From: Vicinamibacteria bacterium
GTDB taxonomy: Bacteria; Acidobacteriota; Vicinamibacteria; Fen-336
DNA length: 64,000 nt
Reading direction: 5' to 3'
Assembly (NCBI GenBank): GCA_050246895.1
Contig: JBFWVE010000001.1
Location: 826,722-890,721, forward strand
Under the pieces are notes generated by a model. It saw nothing but the letters and a program-made list of their open reading frames with translations. It made no database searches and was not told where the DNA came from. A program made the translations under genes and the position numbers. Numbering within the stretch: position 1 is the first letter of the stretch; every line of letters begins with the position of its first letter. Shown piece by piece: positions 1-12,400 of this stretch.

Positions 1-1173
1 GCCGGCGCCTACGCCTCGCAGACCGAGGATCCCTCGGCCATCTTCCACAACGCCGCGGGCATCGCCTTCCTCAAGGGCCGTCAGCTCTACTTCGGGGCCA
101 CGCTGATCCAGCCCGACTCCAGCTTCGAGGGGGAGAACCCGTTCCCCGGCGTGGGGGTGCGCGAGCAGGGCGACGCCGGCGTGACGATCCCGCCCGCGTT
201 CGACTACTCGCAGCAGTGGAGCGAGCGGCTGGTCCTCGGCCTCGGCGTGCACGTCCCCTTCGGCCTGCGGACTCGCTGGCAGAACGCCGACACGACCTTC
301 ACGGGACGCTTCCTGTCGCGGCGCGCCGAGGTTCGCAGCCTCTCGCTGAACCCGACCCTGGCCTACAAGCTCGCCGACCGGCTGGCGATCGGCGGTGGCG
401 TCGACGTGCGCTTCTCCACGGTCGAGCTCGACCGCAACGCCGGCGTGATCAACCCCTTCACCCAGCGCCTGGTCGACGCCGCGCTCGTCGAGCTGAAGAG
501 CGACACCGCCACCAGCTTCGGCTTCAACCTCGGCGTGCTGGCGAAGCCGGCCGAGAACCTCTCCGTCGGCTTCGCCTACCGCCACAAGGTCAAGACGGAT
601 TTCGACGGCAGCGCCGATTTCACGCTGCTGCCGACCGGCAACAGCCAGCTCGACGCGCTCGTGACGCTGCGGCTGCCGAGCGGCCCGACGCCGGTGACGA
701 CACGGATCACCTTCCCCGCGCTCTACAGCGTGGGCGCCAGCTACAGGTGGAACGACTGGACCGTCGCCGTCCAGGCGGACTTCCAGCAGTGGTCGAGCTT
801 CGACACGCTGCCACTCGACTTCCTCGAGCGCCCGGAGCTTTCGAGCACGATCGAGGAACACTACGGCAACTCCCGGATCTACCGCGCGGGCGTCGAGCGC
901 CGGCTGAACGACCGCTTCACGCTGCGCGGCGGCTACTACTACGACAAGAACCCGGCCCCGGCCGAGTCGGTCTCGCCGCTGCTGCCCGACGCCGACCGCC
1001 ACTGCATAGCGCTCGGCGCAACGGTCCACTTCGGCTCCTGGCGCCTCGAGGCCGCCAACTGGCTGCTGCTGTTCAAGGACCGCTCGACCGAGGGCCGCAA
1101 CCGCGACCACTACGACGGCCTCTACCAGACGACCGCGGAGCTGTTCTCGCTGTCGTTCGGTTTCTCCTTCTAG
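1..1173 (+). CDS. FadL/OmpP1/TodX-family outer-membrane hydrophobic-compound transporter; 5' end lies outside the window
   Basis: Frame 1 is open from nt 1 (AGAYASQTEDPSAIFHNAAGIAFLKGRQLYFGATLIQPDSSFEG...) and continues into ORF 151..1173. The beta-strand-rich composition and the C-terminal ...LSFGFSF end in Phe are typical of beta-barrel OMPs. The call is by family resemblance only. Confidence 0.75.
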   Translation, partial: AGAYASQTEDPSAIFHNAAGIAFLKGRQLYFGATLIQPDSSFEGENPFPGVGVREQGDAGVTIPPAFDYSQQWSERLVLGLGVHVPFGLRTRWQNADTTFTGRFLSRRAEVRSLSLNPTLAYKLADRLAIGGGVDVRFSTVELDRNAGVINPFTQRLVDAALVELKSDTATSFGFNLGVLAKPAENLSVGFAYRHKVKTDFDGSADFTLLPTGNSQLDALVTLRLPSGPTPVTTRITFPALYSVGASYRWNDWTVAVQADFQQWSSFDTLPLDFLERPELSSTIEEHYGNSRIYRAGVERRLNDRFTLRGGYYYDKNPAPAESVSPLLPDADRHCIALGATVHFGSWRLEAANWLLLFKDRSTEGRNRDHYDGLYQTTAELFSLSFGFSF

Positions 1174-1193
1174 CGGGACGAGGGGGACAGAAG

Positions 1194-2453
1194 ATGAAGC
1201 GCGTTCTCGCCGTCACCGCCCTGGCGCTCTGCGCACCCCTGGCACGGGCGCAGGCCTTCCAGAACCTCGCGAGCTACGTCGCGCTCGGCGACAGCCTGAC
1301 CGCCGGCGTCGTCTCGAGCAGCCTGGTCGTCACGCACCAGCGGGCGTCCTTCCCGGCCCTGATCGCGCGCAGCGCGGCGCTGCCCGCCTTCGAGCAGCCG
1401 ACCGTCTCGGAGCCCGGCCTCCCCGCCGAGCTCGTGCTGCAGAGCCTGCTGCCCTCGCCGGTGATCGTGCCCAAGTCGGCGACGCCGGGAGCCCCGACCA
1501 ACCTCGCGCTGCCGCGGCCTTACGGCAACCTGGGCGTGCCGGGTGCCACCGCCCAGGACATGCTGACGCGGACGAGCGACGCCGGCGGCAGCCACGACCT
1601 CGTGCTGCGCGGCCTCGGGACCGCCGTGGAGCAGGCGATCGCGCTGCGGCCGAGCGTGATCACGCTCTGGATCGGCAACAACGACGTGCTGGGGGCGGCC
1701 GTGCGCGGGCGCGCGATCGACGGCGTCACGCTGACGCCGGCCGCCGCCTTTCGCTCGAGCTACGAGCAGATCGTGGCGGCGCTCAAGCCGACCGGGGCTT
1801 CGATCGTGGCGGCCAACCTGCCCGACGTCACCACGATCGCCTTCGTGACGGCCATCTCGCGCTTCGCCACCAACCCCGCCACCGGCCAGCCGGTGCTGAT
1901 CGACGGCCAGCCTGTGCCGCTGATCGGCCCGAGCGGTCCCCTTCCCGAAGGTTCGTACGTGCTGCTTTCGGCGTCCAGCCTCCTGGCGCAGGGGATCGGC
2001 GTCCCGGCCTCGCTCGGCGGCAAGGGCACGCCGCTGCCCGACGAGGTCGTGCTCGATCCCAACGAGGTCGCGATCGTCAAGGACCGCGTCGCCGCCGACA
2101 ACCGGGCGATCCGCGACGTCTGCGGAGCCGCCGGCATCCCCGTGTTCGACTTCAACGCCTTCCTGAAGCGGGCGACCAGCGAGGGCCTGAACTACGGCGG
2201 CGTGCGCCTCTCCGGCGCCTTCCTCTCGGGCGGTCTGTTCAGCTACGACGGCGTGCACCCGACCGAGATCGGCTACGCCGCGATCGCCAACGGCTTCATC
2301 GACGTGATCAACGCGAACGGCGGGTCGCTCGAGCGCGTCGACGTCGGCGCGCCGCTCGGGATCCGCTCGGCTGCGGGCGCGGCGCTGCCCGAGCTGTCGT
2401 GGGAGGCCCTGCAGGCGCTGTTGCAGGCCTTCCCGCCGCTCGACCGCCCCTAG
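1194..2453 (+). CDS. Secreted SGNH/GDSL-family lipase or acylhydrolase
   Basis: ATG at 1194 lies inside track ORF 216..2453 and is followed by a signal peptide (MKRVLAVTALALCAPLARAQA). GDSL block I (VALGDSLTAGV) and SGNH block V (YDGVHPTEIGY) are present. The gene sits 20 nt after the FadL-like gene. Confidence 0.8.
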   Translation: MKRVLAVTALALCAPLARAQAFQNLASYVALGDSLTAGVVSSSLVVTHQRASFPALIARSAALPAFEQPTVSEPGLPAELVLQSLLPSPVIVPKSATPGAPTNLALPRPYGNLGVPGATAQDMLTRTSDAGGSHDLVLRGLGTAVEQAIALRPSVITLWIGNNDVLGAAVRGRAIDGVTLTPAAAFRSSYEQIVAALKPTGASIVAANLPDVTTIAFVTAISRFATNPATGQPVLIDGQPVPLIGPSGPLPEGSYVLLSASSLLAQGIGVPASLGGKGTPLPDEVVLDPNEVAIVKDRVAADNRAIRDVCGAAGIPVFDFNAFLKRATSEGLNYGGVRLSGAFLSGGLFSYDGVHPTEIGYAAIANGFIDVINANGGSLERVDVGAPLGIRSAAGAALPELSWEALQALLQAFPPLDRP

Positions 2454-2493
2454 GCGGACGAGCCTTGCCGCTCGCCGCCGCGGGCGAGCGGCC

Positions 2494-2853
2494 TCAGGCG
2501 GGCGTCGCGGCGAAGTGCTCGCGCAGCGACTTCTCGATCTCCGGCGCCGTGATGTCCCAGTTGTCGCGGTCGAAGACCGGCCGTCCGTGCTTGAACAGGA
2601 TCAGCTGCGGCGACTCGTGCGTGATGCCCGTCAGCGCCGCCACGTGGTTGCTGGCCTGCCGCCACTCGACGACGCGGATCATGCCGAGCATCAGGTCCTC
2701 GCGCGGGCCGAGCGTCGCCTCGACGTGAGCGAAGCTCTCCTGGGTCTTGTGGCACACGCCGACCTTGAACAGGGCCGAGTCGGGGTTCGCTTTCAGGAAG
2801 GCGTCGACTTCGTCGGGGGTGGTGAGGAACTGGATGCGGTCCTTGAGCGCCAA
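2494..2853 (-). CDS. YtxJ/DUF2847-family thioredoxin-like protein (bacillithiol-system type)
   Basis: This is the C-terminal 119 aa of track ORF 2494..3354; the rest of that ORF overlaps the MBL gene. A TTG start at 2853 follows a GAAGGAGG RBS. Both ...[15 protein letters not shown]... and ...[30 protein letters not shown]... align with YtxJ (FKHSTTCPIS ... HESPQVLLIKNGKVVWH..ITAD). Confidence 0.65.
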   Translation of the reverse strand: MALKDRIQFLTTPDEVDAFLKANPDSALFKVGVCHKTQESFAHVEATLGPREDLMLGMIRVVEWRQASNHVAALTGITHESPQLILFKHGRPVFDRDNWDITAPEIEKSLREHFAATPA

Positions 2854-2891
2854 GGGCGGAAGGCCTCCTTCTTCGAGAACTGGAGGCGATT

Positions 2892-4283
2892 CTAGCGGGA
2901 AGCGGCGAGCGAGACGCGCTCGCCCTGCTTCGGCACCTGAACGTCGAAGCCGCGCTCGCGCACGAGCTTCTGCTGCAGCGCGAGCGCCGCCTCCTCCTCG
3001 CCGTGGGTGAGGAACACCGTCCTCGGCCGCTGCACGCCCTGGAGCCAGCGCAGGATCTCGCCCGAGTCGGCATGGCCCGAGAGGCCCTTCAGCACGCTGA
3101 TCTCGGCGCGCACGGGCACGTCGCCCTTGTGGATGCGCACCACCTCGCGGCCGTCGAGCAGCGCGCGGCCGAGCGTGCCGACCGCCTGGTAGCCGGTGAT
3201 CAGCAGCATGTTCTCGGCCTTCGGCAGCCGCACGCGCAGGTGGTGCAGGATGCGTCCGCCCGACATCATCCCCGACGAGGAGAGGATCACCGCCGGGCCC
3301 TTCATCTCGTTGAGCGCCTCGGACTCGTGGCGGCTGCGGTGCAGCTGCACCCACTTGCCGTGCAGCAGGCTGCGGCCGAGCATCCAGGAGAGGCCCTGGC
3401 GCTGTGCTTCGGGGAAGCGCGCATGGATGCGGCTCGCCTCGATCGCCATCGGGCTGTCCACGTGGATCGGGAAGGGGCGCATGCGCCCCTGCGTCACCAG
3501 CTGGTCCATCAGGGAGATCATCTGCTGCGTGCGGCCGACCGCGAACGAAGGGATCAGCAGCACGCCGCCGCGATCGAAGGTGCGCCGCAGCGCGTCCTCG
3601 AGCTGCGCCAGCACGTCGAGCTGCGGGTGGTCGCGGTTGCCGTAGGTGCTCTCGACCACCAGGTAGTCGGCCTCCGGCGCCGGCTCCGGGTCCTTCACCA
3701 GCACCGCGTCGTAGCGCCCGAGGTCGCCGCTCAGCACCACCCGCGTCTCGCGCGAGCCGTTCGCCACCCGCAGGTCGACGGACGCCGCGCCCAGCAGGTG
3801 GCCCGCCTCGCGGTAGCTGAAGGAGAACCCGCGCCCCACGCGCACCGTCTCGTGCAGCTCCACGGCCTCGAACAGCGGCAGCGCCCGCTCGACGTCGGCG
3901 GTGTCGAAGAGCGGCAGCGCCGGCGCGTGCTTGGTCAGCCCCTTGCGGTTCAGGTAGCCGGCGTCCTCCTCCTGCAGGTGCGCCGCATCCTTCAACAGCA
4001 CCCCGGCCAGCTCCAGCGTCGGCGGCGTGCAGTAGATCGGCCCGCAGAAGCCCTGCTTCACCAGCCGCGGCACGCGGCCGATGTGGTCGAGGTGCGTGTG
4101 CGTCAGCACCAGCGCGCGCACGGCGCCCGGGTCGAACTCCGGCTCGGCCCAGTTCTTCGTGCGCAGGTGCTTCTCGCCCTGGAACATGCCGCTGTCGACC
4201 AGCAGCTGCTCGCCGTCGTTCTCCAAGAGGTACTGCGAGCCGGTGACGGTGCGCGCGGCGCCCAGGAAGTGCAGCTCACTCAT
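2892..4283 (-). CDS. MBL-fold metallo-hydrolase of the beta-CASP / RNase J-like family
   Basis: The protein is 463 aa and carries the HxHxDH motif ([10 protein letters not shown]). The length and beta-CASP-like C-terminal half fit the RNA-metabolising MBL family. Confidence 0.85.
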   Translation of the reverse strand: MSELHFLGAARTVTGSQYLLENDGEQLLVDSGMFQGEKHLRTKNWAEPEFDPGAVRALVLTHTHLDHIGRVPRLVKQGFCGPIYCTPPTLELAGVLLKDAAHLQEEDAGYLNRKGLTKHAPALPLFDTADVERALPLFEAVELHETVRVGRGFSFSYREAGHLLGAASVDLRVANGSRETRVVLSGDLGRYDAVLVKDPEPAPEADYLVVESTYGNRDHPQLDVLAQLEDALRRTFDRGGVLLIPSFAVGRTQQMISLMDQLVTQGRMRPFPIHVDSPMAIEASRIHARFPEAQRQGLSWMLGRSLLHGKWVQLHRSRHESEALNEMKGPAVILSSSGMMSGGRILHHLRVRLPKAENMLLITGYQAVGTLGRALLDGREVVRIHKGDVPVRAEISVLKGLSGHADSGEILRWLQGVQRPRTVFLTHGEEEAALALQQKLVRERGFDVQVPKQGERVSLAASR

Positions 4284-4293
4284 GGAGGCCGCT

Positions 4294-6993
<2,700 letters not shown>

Positions 6994-7045
6994 TTGGCCT
7001 CGCTTGGACGTCGAGTCATCGGGAGCGGGCGCCCCCGCGCGGATT

Positions 7046-7693
7046 TTAGCGCCTGGCGGAGACGGCCGGGCTGTCGGGGTCGTAGAAGCGCAGCGGACGA
7101 TGCGCCGCGAGCCGGATGCCGATCCGGCGCGAGACCGCGATCCGGCGGGGCGCGCGGCCGTGGCGCAGCGTGAGGCCCGCCCGGGGCTCGAACAGGTGGC
7201 GGCCGCTCCAGCGCGCGTCGAGGCCCAGCGTCCGGCACAGGCGGCCCGGACCGGAGCAGGCCCGGGGCTCGAGGCCCGAGCCCGCGAGCGGCTCCGCCGC
7301 CCGGATCAGCACGCAGCCCGCGACGCCCTCGGCGTCGACCGAGAAGTTGAGGCAGTGGTGCATGCCGTAGACCAGGTAGACGTACAGCGTGCCGGGCGGG
7401 CCGAACAGCGGCGCGTTGCGCGGCGTGCGGCCGCGGTGCGCATGCGCGGCCGGGTCGCCCTCGCCGAGGTAGGCCTCCGTCTCGACGATGCGGAGCGCGA
7501 TCTCGCGTCCGCGCTGCCGTCTGACCAGCACCGCCCCGATGAGCGCGCGGGCCGCGATCTCCGGAGGGGACGCCAGGATGGCGCGCAGCCGCGCCGCGCC
7601 CCGTGCCGCAGCGCCGGCTCCGGCTGCCCGCGCCGGTGCGCCCGCCCCGGCTAGCCGCGCCGCGCGCGTCCCTTGCGCCCGGTCCCCGGCCAC
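7046..7693 (-). CDS. DNA-3-methyladenine glycosylase (Mpg/AAG family)
   Basis: Carries the ...[20 protein letters not shown]... motif. The track start overlaps ubiX by 43 nt, so the true start is probably a downstream GTG or CTG. Confidence 0.8.
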   Translation of the reverse strand: MAGDRAQGTRAARLAGAGAPARAAGAGAAARGAARLRAILASPPEIAARALIGAVLVRRQRGREIALRIVETEAYLGEGDPAAHAHRGRTPRNAPLFGPPGTLYVYLVYGMHHCLNFSVDAEGVAGCVLIRAAEPLAGSGLEPRACSGPGRLCRTLGLDARWSGRHLFEPRAGLTLRHGRAPRRIAVSRRIGIRLAAHRPLRFYDPDSPAVSARR

Positions 7694-8250
7694 TCCGGGA
7701 TCAGCCCCCGCACGATGCCCATGCGGTCGAGCACACGCGCCACCGTGTGGTCGATCACGTCGTCGAGGCTCTTCGGCCGGAAGTAGAAGGCCGGCACCGG
7801 TGGCAGGATGACGCCGCCGATCTCGGCGAGCGCCGTCATCTGGCGCAGGTGCCCGAGGTGCAGCGGCGTCTCGCGCACCAGCGCCAGCAGCACCCGGCCC
7901 TCCTTCAGGCAGACGTCGCCGGCGCGCGCGATCAGCGTGTCGGCGTAGCTGTTGGCCAGCGCCGAGACCGTCTTCATCGAGCAGGGCGCGATCGCCATGC
8001 CGTGGGTGTGGAAGGAGCCGCTGGCGATCGAGGCGCCGACGTCGCGGTCGTCGTGCACCACGCCGGCGAGGTTCTCCACCTGGCGCAGCGTGAAGTCGGT
8101 CTCCTCCACGAGCGTGCGCTTGCCGGCGGCGCTCACCACCAGGTGCGACTCGATCCCCGGCAGCTCGCGCAGCCGCTCGAGCAGGCGGATGCCGTAGATG
8201 GCGCCCGTCGAGCCCGTGATGGCGACGATCACCCGCCGTGGTTCGGCCAT
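7651..8250 (-). CDS. ubiX: Flavin prenyltransferase UbiX
   Basis: MAEPRRVIVAITGSTGAIYGIRLLERL... aligns along its full length with UbiX/Pad1-type proteins. Confidence 0.9.
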   Translation of the reverse strand: MAEPRRVIVAITGSTGAIYGIRLLERLRELPGIESHLVVSAAGKRTLVEETDFTLRQVENLAGVVHDDRDVGASIASGSFHTHGMAIAPCSMKTVSALANSYADTLIARAGDVCLKEGRVLLALVRETPLHLGHLRQMTALAEIGGVILPPVPAFYFRPKSLDDVIDHTVARVLDRMGIVRGLIPEWPGTGRKGRARRG

Positions 8251-8283
8251 GACGCGCTTCAGTCTCGCACGCCCGCTCGCGCG

Positions 8284-10287
8284 CTACGGCGTCGTGACGA
8301 GCGGCAGCTCGACGAAGCTCGCCTGGCCGGGCGCGTGGTAGACGCGCTGCACGGCCTTGCGGTAGTCCTCCGGCTTCGCCCAGAAGATGCTGGGCACGAA
8401 GGCCTGGGGGTTGCGGTCGTAGAGCGGGAACCAGCTCGACTGCACCTGCACCATGATGCGGTGGCCGGGCCCGAAGACGTGGTTCGCCGTGGGCAGCGCG
8501 AAGCGGTACGTCAGCGGCTCGTTGGGGACGAGGGCCTTCGGCGTCTCGAGGCTCTCCCGGTAGCGGCCGCGAAAGACGTCCATCGAGACCGCGAGCTGGT
8601 AGCCGCCCATCCCGCGCTGCGAGGCGACCTCGTCGGGGTAGACGTCGATCAGCTTGACCACCCAGTCGGAGTCGCTGCCGGAGGTGGAGGCGACCAGGTT
8701 GGCGACCGGCTGGCCGCTGATCTTGACCGGCGCCTTCAGCACGTCCGTGACGAACGCGAGCACGTCCGGCCGGCCCGAGGCCTCACGCTGATCGTCGACC
8801 AGCCAGCGCGGCCAGGTGCGCTCGCCCTCGTAGCCGACGGGCATGATCGGGCGGGCGCGATAGGGCACCGGCTTCGCGGGATCGGAGACGTACTCCTCGA
8901 AGGCCGCCCCGCTGGCCGCGGGCGGCTCGAAGCCGAGCCGGAGGCCCGCGCCGAGGTAGAGCGGCGTCGGCTTCGGCGCGCAGCCGCTCTCGCAGCCGCT
9001 CGGCCAGGCGCGCAGGCGCCGCCAGGTGTTGGTGCCGGTCTCGAACGCCGTCACCGGCGCCACGCCGGCCAAGGGCGCGCCCTGCTTCAGGTACTGGTCG
9101 AGGAACGGCCGCAGCACGTCGCGGCGGAAGGCGAGAGCCGTGTCGGCGTCGAAGCGCACAGCGCCGAGCGCGCTGCCGTCCGCGATCATCTGGCCGTGGT
9201 GCCATGGGCCGAGCACCAGGAACACCTTGTCGTTGGCCGTGTCCTTCGGCTCGAGCGCCGCGTAGACCGCGGGCGCGCCGTAGATGTCCTCCTGGTCCCA
9301 CAGGCTGTGCACGAGCATCACGGGCACGCCGAGCGGCCGCTCGCCGAGCAGGCGATCGAGCGCCTGCTCGCGCCAGAAGGCGTCGTAGCTCGGGTGGGCC
9401 GCGACCTTCCGCCAGAAGCCCGTCTGCTCGAGGCCGCGGCGGCGCGCCATCTCGCCCGCCGAGCCCGCGCGCAGGTAGGCGTCGTAGTCGTCGAAGTGAT
9501 CGCTCCACCACTTGATCTCCGACTTGCGATCGGCCACCTGTTCCAGCATGTACGGCAGCATCTGCTGGCGGAAGGCGCCGTTGTGGAACCAGTCGTCGCC
9601 GCGCCAGCCGTCCACCATCGGGTTCATCGGCACCGATACCTTCAGCGCCGGGTGCGGGTCGAAGAGCGCCATCAGCGGCAAAAAGCCGTCGTAGGAGATG
9701 CCCAGGATGCCGACGCGGCCGTTCGACTCGGGGACGTTCTTCACCAGCCAGTCGATCGTGTCCCAGGTGTCCGTCGCGTGGTCCACGCGCGTCGGGTTCA
9801 AGGGCCCACGCAGCGGGCGGTTCATCACGTAGTCGCCTTCGGAGCCGTACTTGCCGCGCACGTCCTGCACCACGCGGATGTAGCCGCCCTCCACGATCAC
9901 GTCGGTCGCGTTGTCGTAGCCCTGCAGCACGGACCCGAGCCGAGGGCTCTGCGCGTGTGTCGTGAGCGCCGTCGCGTCGTAGGGCGTGCGCGTCAGCAGG
10001 ATCGGCGCGCCGTCGGCGCCCCGCGGCACCAGGATGACCGTGTGCAGCTTCACGCCGTCGCGCATCGGAATCATCACGTCGCGCCGGACGTGGTCGAAGG
10101 AGTCGGTCACGGGCGTGAAGCGAGCCGGCGTCTCGCTCGGCAGGCCCTGCTCGCCGGCCGGGTCCGGCGGTGCGGGCGTGGGCTTCTGCTTCGGCGCGGA
10201 CTGCGCTGCCGCCGAGGCGGAGAGGGAGAGCGTCAGCGCCAGAGCGAGCGCAGCGGCGCCTGTCACGAGGCGATCGGGATAGGACAT
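8284..10287 (-). CDS. CocE/NonD-family hydrolase (S15 X-Pro dipeptidyl-peptidase-like), secreted
   Basis: Has a signal peptide and an alpha/beta-hydrolase N-terminal half (GISYDGF nucleophile elbow). Total length is 667 aa with a C-terminal beta-domain. Confidence 0.85.
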   Translation of the reverse strand: MSYPDRLVTGAAALALALTLSLSASAAAQSAPKQKPTPAPPDPAGEQGLPSETPARFTPVTDSFDHVRRDVMIPMRDGVKLHTVILVPRGADGAPILLTRTPYDATALTTHAQSPRLGSVLQGYDNATDVIVEGGYIRVVQDVRGKYGSEGDYVMNRPLRGPLNPTRVDHATDTWDTIDWLVKNVPESNGRVGILGISYDGFLPLMALFDPHPALKVSVPMNPMVDGWRGDDWFHNGAFRQQMLPYMLEQVADRKSEIKWWSDHFDDYDAYLRAGSAGEMARRRGLEQTGFWRKVAAHPSYDAFWREQALDRLLGERPLGVPVMLVHSLWDQEDIYGAPAVYAALEPKDTANDKVFLVLGPWHHGQMIADGSALGAVRFDADTALAFRRDVLRPFLDQYLKQGAPLAGVAPVTAFETGTNTWRRLRAWPSGCESGCAPKPTPLYLGAGLRLGFEPPAASGAAFEEYVSDPAKPVPYRARPIMPVGYEGERTWPRWLVDDQREASGRPDVLAFVTDVLKAPVKISGQPVANLVASTSGSDSDWVVKLIDVYPDEVASQRGMGGYQLAVSMDVFRGRYRESLETPKALVPNEPLTYRFALPTANHVFGPGHRIMVQVQSSWFPLYDRNPQAFVPSIFWAKPEDYRKAVQRVYHAPGQASFVELPLVTTP

Positions 10288-10324
10288 GCGCGAGAGCTTA
10301 CGCCTCGCGGGTGGAGGGAAGTTT

Positions 10325-11548
10325 CTAGCCCGGATCGGTCTTGCCCGCCTCAGCCACGGGATCCGAGGGCGACGCGGGATCTTCGAGATCGTTCATGAAA
10401 TTCACGATCTCCCCGGCAAGGAAGAGCTGATTGCGTTTGCGGCCGGTCACTTCCTGGATGATGCCTGCCTGAACGAGCTTCTGGAGGTTGGAGGACGCGG
10501 CAGCAGGCGTCACCTCGAGGAGTCCTGCAGTTTGGCTGATGCTGATCACGGGACTCTCGAAGAGTCTCTCCACGAGCTTCTGCAGCAAGGCGGACGAACG
10601 GGCGGAACGGAAGCGTCCGAGGTATGCCGAGCGAAGGGCGAGCAGCCCCTGGGCCTGACCACGGGACTCGTTGGCACTGGCGATCACGGCCTCCAAAAAG
10701 AAGTCGACCCAGGCCGTCCACGCGCCTCGCTGACTGACTGCCAGCAGGAGATCCATGTACGCCTGTCGGTGCCTTTCGAAGTACGCGCTGAGGTACACGA
10801 GAGGCTTCTGCAGGCGGTCCGCCGAACAGAGCATGAGAGGTATCAGGAGCCTGCCAATCCGCCCATTCCCATCGCGAAACGGGTGGATGGCCTCGAACTG
10901 GTAGTGGCTCAGCGCCAGCCGAATCAGGAGAGGCAGGCTGTCGTCCGTGTCTTCGTGGAGATAGCTCTCGAAGTCGTTCAGTGCGACATCCATCTGGCTA
11001 GCAGGCGGCGGTACGAACCGCGCATTGGCAATCGGAGCGTTCGGTGGCCCGATGAAGTTCTGGAGAGTCCGGAACTCCCCCGGACGTTCCTGGTTCCCGC
11101 GGACTCCTCTGAGGAGAACACCGTGGATCTCCCTCAGCAGACGGAGAGAAATGGGGAGGGTCCTCATCCGGTCGAGGCCGTAGTTCATCGCTCGGATGTA
11201 GTTGGCGACTTCGCGGCCGTCCTCGGGCCGACTCTGGAGAGCGACTGGCGGGTTGTCGAGAGCCTCGAGAAGGACCAGATCTTGAGGCGTAGTCTCCGTG
11301 CCCTCAATCCTGCTCGAAAGGAGCGCTTCCCTCCGCAGCAGAGGATTCGCAACGAGGTAGGGGTTGATTTCCCGCAACAGCATGCCCGAGAGGGTTCCAA
11401 TGGCGTGCTCGGCGTCGCCGTGCAGTTTCAGCGTCCGAGGCTCCAGGGATAGCCGCCTGGGGATAGCATTCGGAACGAACGCGACTCCACCTTCGGGGAT
11501 CGGAACCAGGGCCCCGGGGCAATCCCGGGCGAAGTCATCAGGGCGCAT
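10325..11548 (-). CDS. Fic-family protein (Fic/Doc AMPylator-type) with N-terminal inhibitory motif and C-terminal wHTH
   Basis: The catalytic motif HPFRDGNGRIGR and the N-terminal inhibitory helix motif SSRIEG ([ST]xxxE[GN]) are both present. The gene is visibly lower in GC than its neighbours. Confidence 0.9.
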   Translation of the reverse strand: MRPDDFARDCPGALVPIPEGGVAFVPNAIPRRLSLEPRTLKLHGDAEHAIGTLSGMLLREINPYLVANPLLRREALLSSRIEGTETTPQDLVLLEALDNPPVALQSRPEDGREVANYIRAMNYGLDRMRTLPISLRLLREIHGVLLRGVRGNQERPGEFRTLQNFIGPPNAPIANARFVPPPASQMDVALNDFESYLHEDTDDSLPLLIRLALSHYQFEAIHPFRDGNGRIGRLLIPLMLCSADRLQKPLVYLSAYFERHRQAYMDLLLAVSQRGAWTAWVDFFLEAVIASANESRGQAQGLLALRSAYLGRFRSARSSALLQKLVERLFESPVISISQTAGLLEVTPAAASSNLQKLVQAGIIQEVTGRKRNQLFLAGEIVNFMNDLEDPASPSDPVAEAGKTDPG

Positions 11549-11576
11549 GTTATAGGTGCGTTCCCTAGCCGCCAGG

Positions 11577-11608
11577 ATATTTTAGCTTATCGCCTAAAGC
11601 TAAACTAG
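11577..11608. promoter_or_regulatory. Inverted repeat TTTAGCTT-N8-AAGCTAAA 30-60 nt upstream of the Fic start; candidate operator or promoter element
   Basis: Seen directly in an AT-richer spacer. The arms are 8 bp. Any function is an inference. Confidence 0.3.
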
Positions 11609-11747
11609 CGACCGGCTTGGTGTTCGTTCCTATGTTTAGAGGTCGGGAGAGCAAGATCTGCTTTTTCAACGGGTTGCGACGCAGATTGCCACGGTCGCAA
11701 CACGCGCCCAGTGCGCGATTGGCTGACAGCATCCGTGCCGATTACTG

Positions 11748-12140
11748 GTGGCATCCGCATGCGGGTCGCGCCGATTGCTTCCTGACCCCGGTCGATACGT
11801 GATCTTCGATCTCGCGATGGCGAAGCCGGTCTACGAGCACGAGCTCGGCCCCGCGGTTCCGGAGCCGGGGCGCGGGAAGAAGTCGGGTTTCATGACGGGG
11901 GTGAAGGGGAAGGCGCTGGTGTCGTGGCACGACGTCCGCCTGAGCGTCAGCGAGACGCATGCGTTCCTGACGAATGCGTCGGGCCAGATCGTGGTCTTGA
12001 AGCGGGACACGGGCGAGTTCGAGCAGGTGGTCGAGATCGACGGCATGCCGCACCCGGGGATGGAGCCGATCATCTACGAAGGGAGGCTGCTGGTGATGGA
12101 CGTCGGCGGCAGCATCTACTGCTTCGAGGGCGGGACGTAA
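11748..12140 (+). pseudogene. C-terminal fragment of a PQQ-like beta-propeller (BamB-like) protein; probable gene remnant
   Basis: The product ends ...GQIVVLKRDTGEFEQVVEIDGMPHPGMEPIIYEGRLLVMDVGGSIYCFEGGT, which resembles the last blades of PQQ-repeat propellers. No N-terminal part is present. It sits between the Fic gene and the tRNA. Confidence 0.35.
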
Positions 12141-12217
12141 GGCAGCGCCCTATCGGGGAAACGCGATCAGGCGTCTTTCTGGCTTCGCAGCATGACCCGA
12201 AGTGCTTGCGGCTGTAG

Positions 12218-12291
12218 TGGCTGGGAGGCAGGGATTCGAACCCCGATTCAATGGTCCAGAGCCATTTGTCCTACCGTTGGACGACCTCCCA
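12218..12291 (-). tRNA. tRNA-Gln (anticodon CUG), 74 nt with encoded CCA
   Basis: Hand-folded from the reverse complement TGGGAGG-TC-GTCC-AACGGTA-GGAC-A-AATGG-CTCTGGA-CCATT-GAAT-CGGGG-TTCGAAT-CCCTG-CCTCCCA-G-CCA. Acceptor, D, anticodon and T stems all pair, and the T-loop is the canonical TTCGAAT. Confidence 0.85.
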
Positions 12292-12400
12292 GCAGGCCGG
12301 ACCTGACGAGCCAACGAGTGTAGACAAGGGGCTGCGGGGCGTCAAACGCGGGCCCGCGCGCCAGGACGGCCGGCCGCGAGGTCGCGTGTAAGCTCCGCGC

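Noticed and set aside
11617-11802. 61-aa ORF in the AT-rich spacer between Fic and the propeller fragment
   Set aside because: There is no RBS and no recognisable family. It is more likely non-coding remnant or regulatory DNA.
10288-12217. Search for a direct repeat of the tRNA-Gln 3' end (att-like site) at the far edge of the Fic islet
   Set aside because: No convincing copy of GGATTCGAACCC... or the acceptor end was seen near 10288-10330 or 11549-11750. The islet call therefore rests only on GC shift, the gene fragment and the tRNA adjacency.
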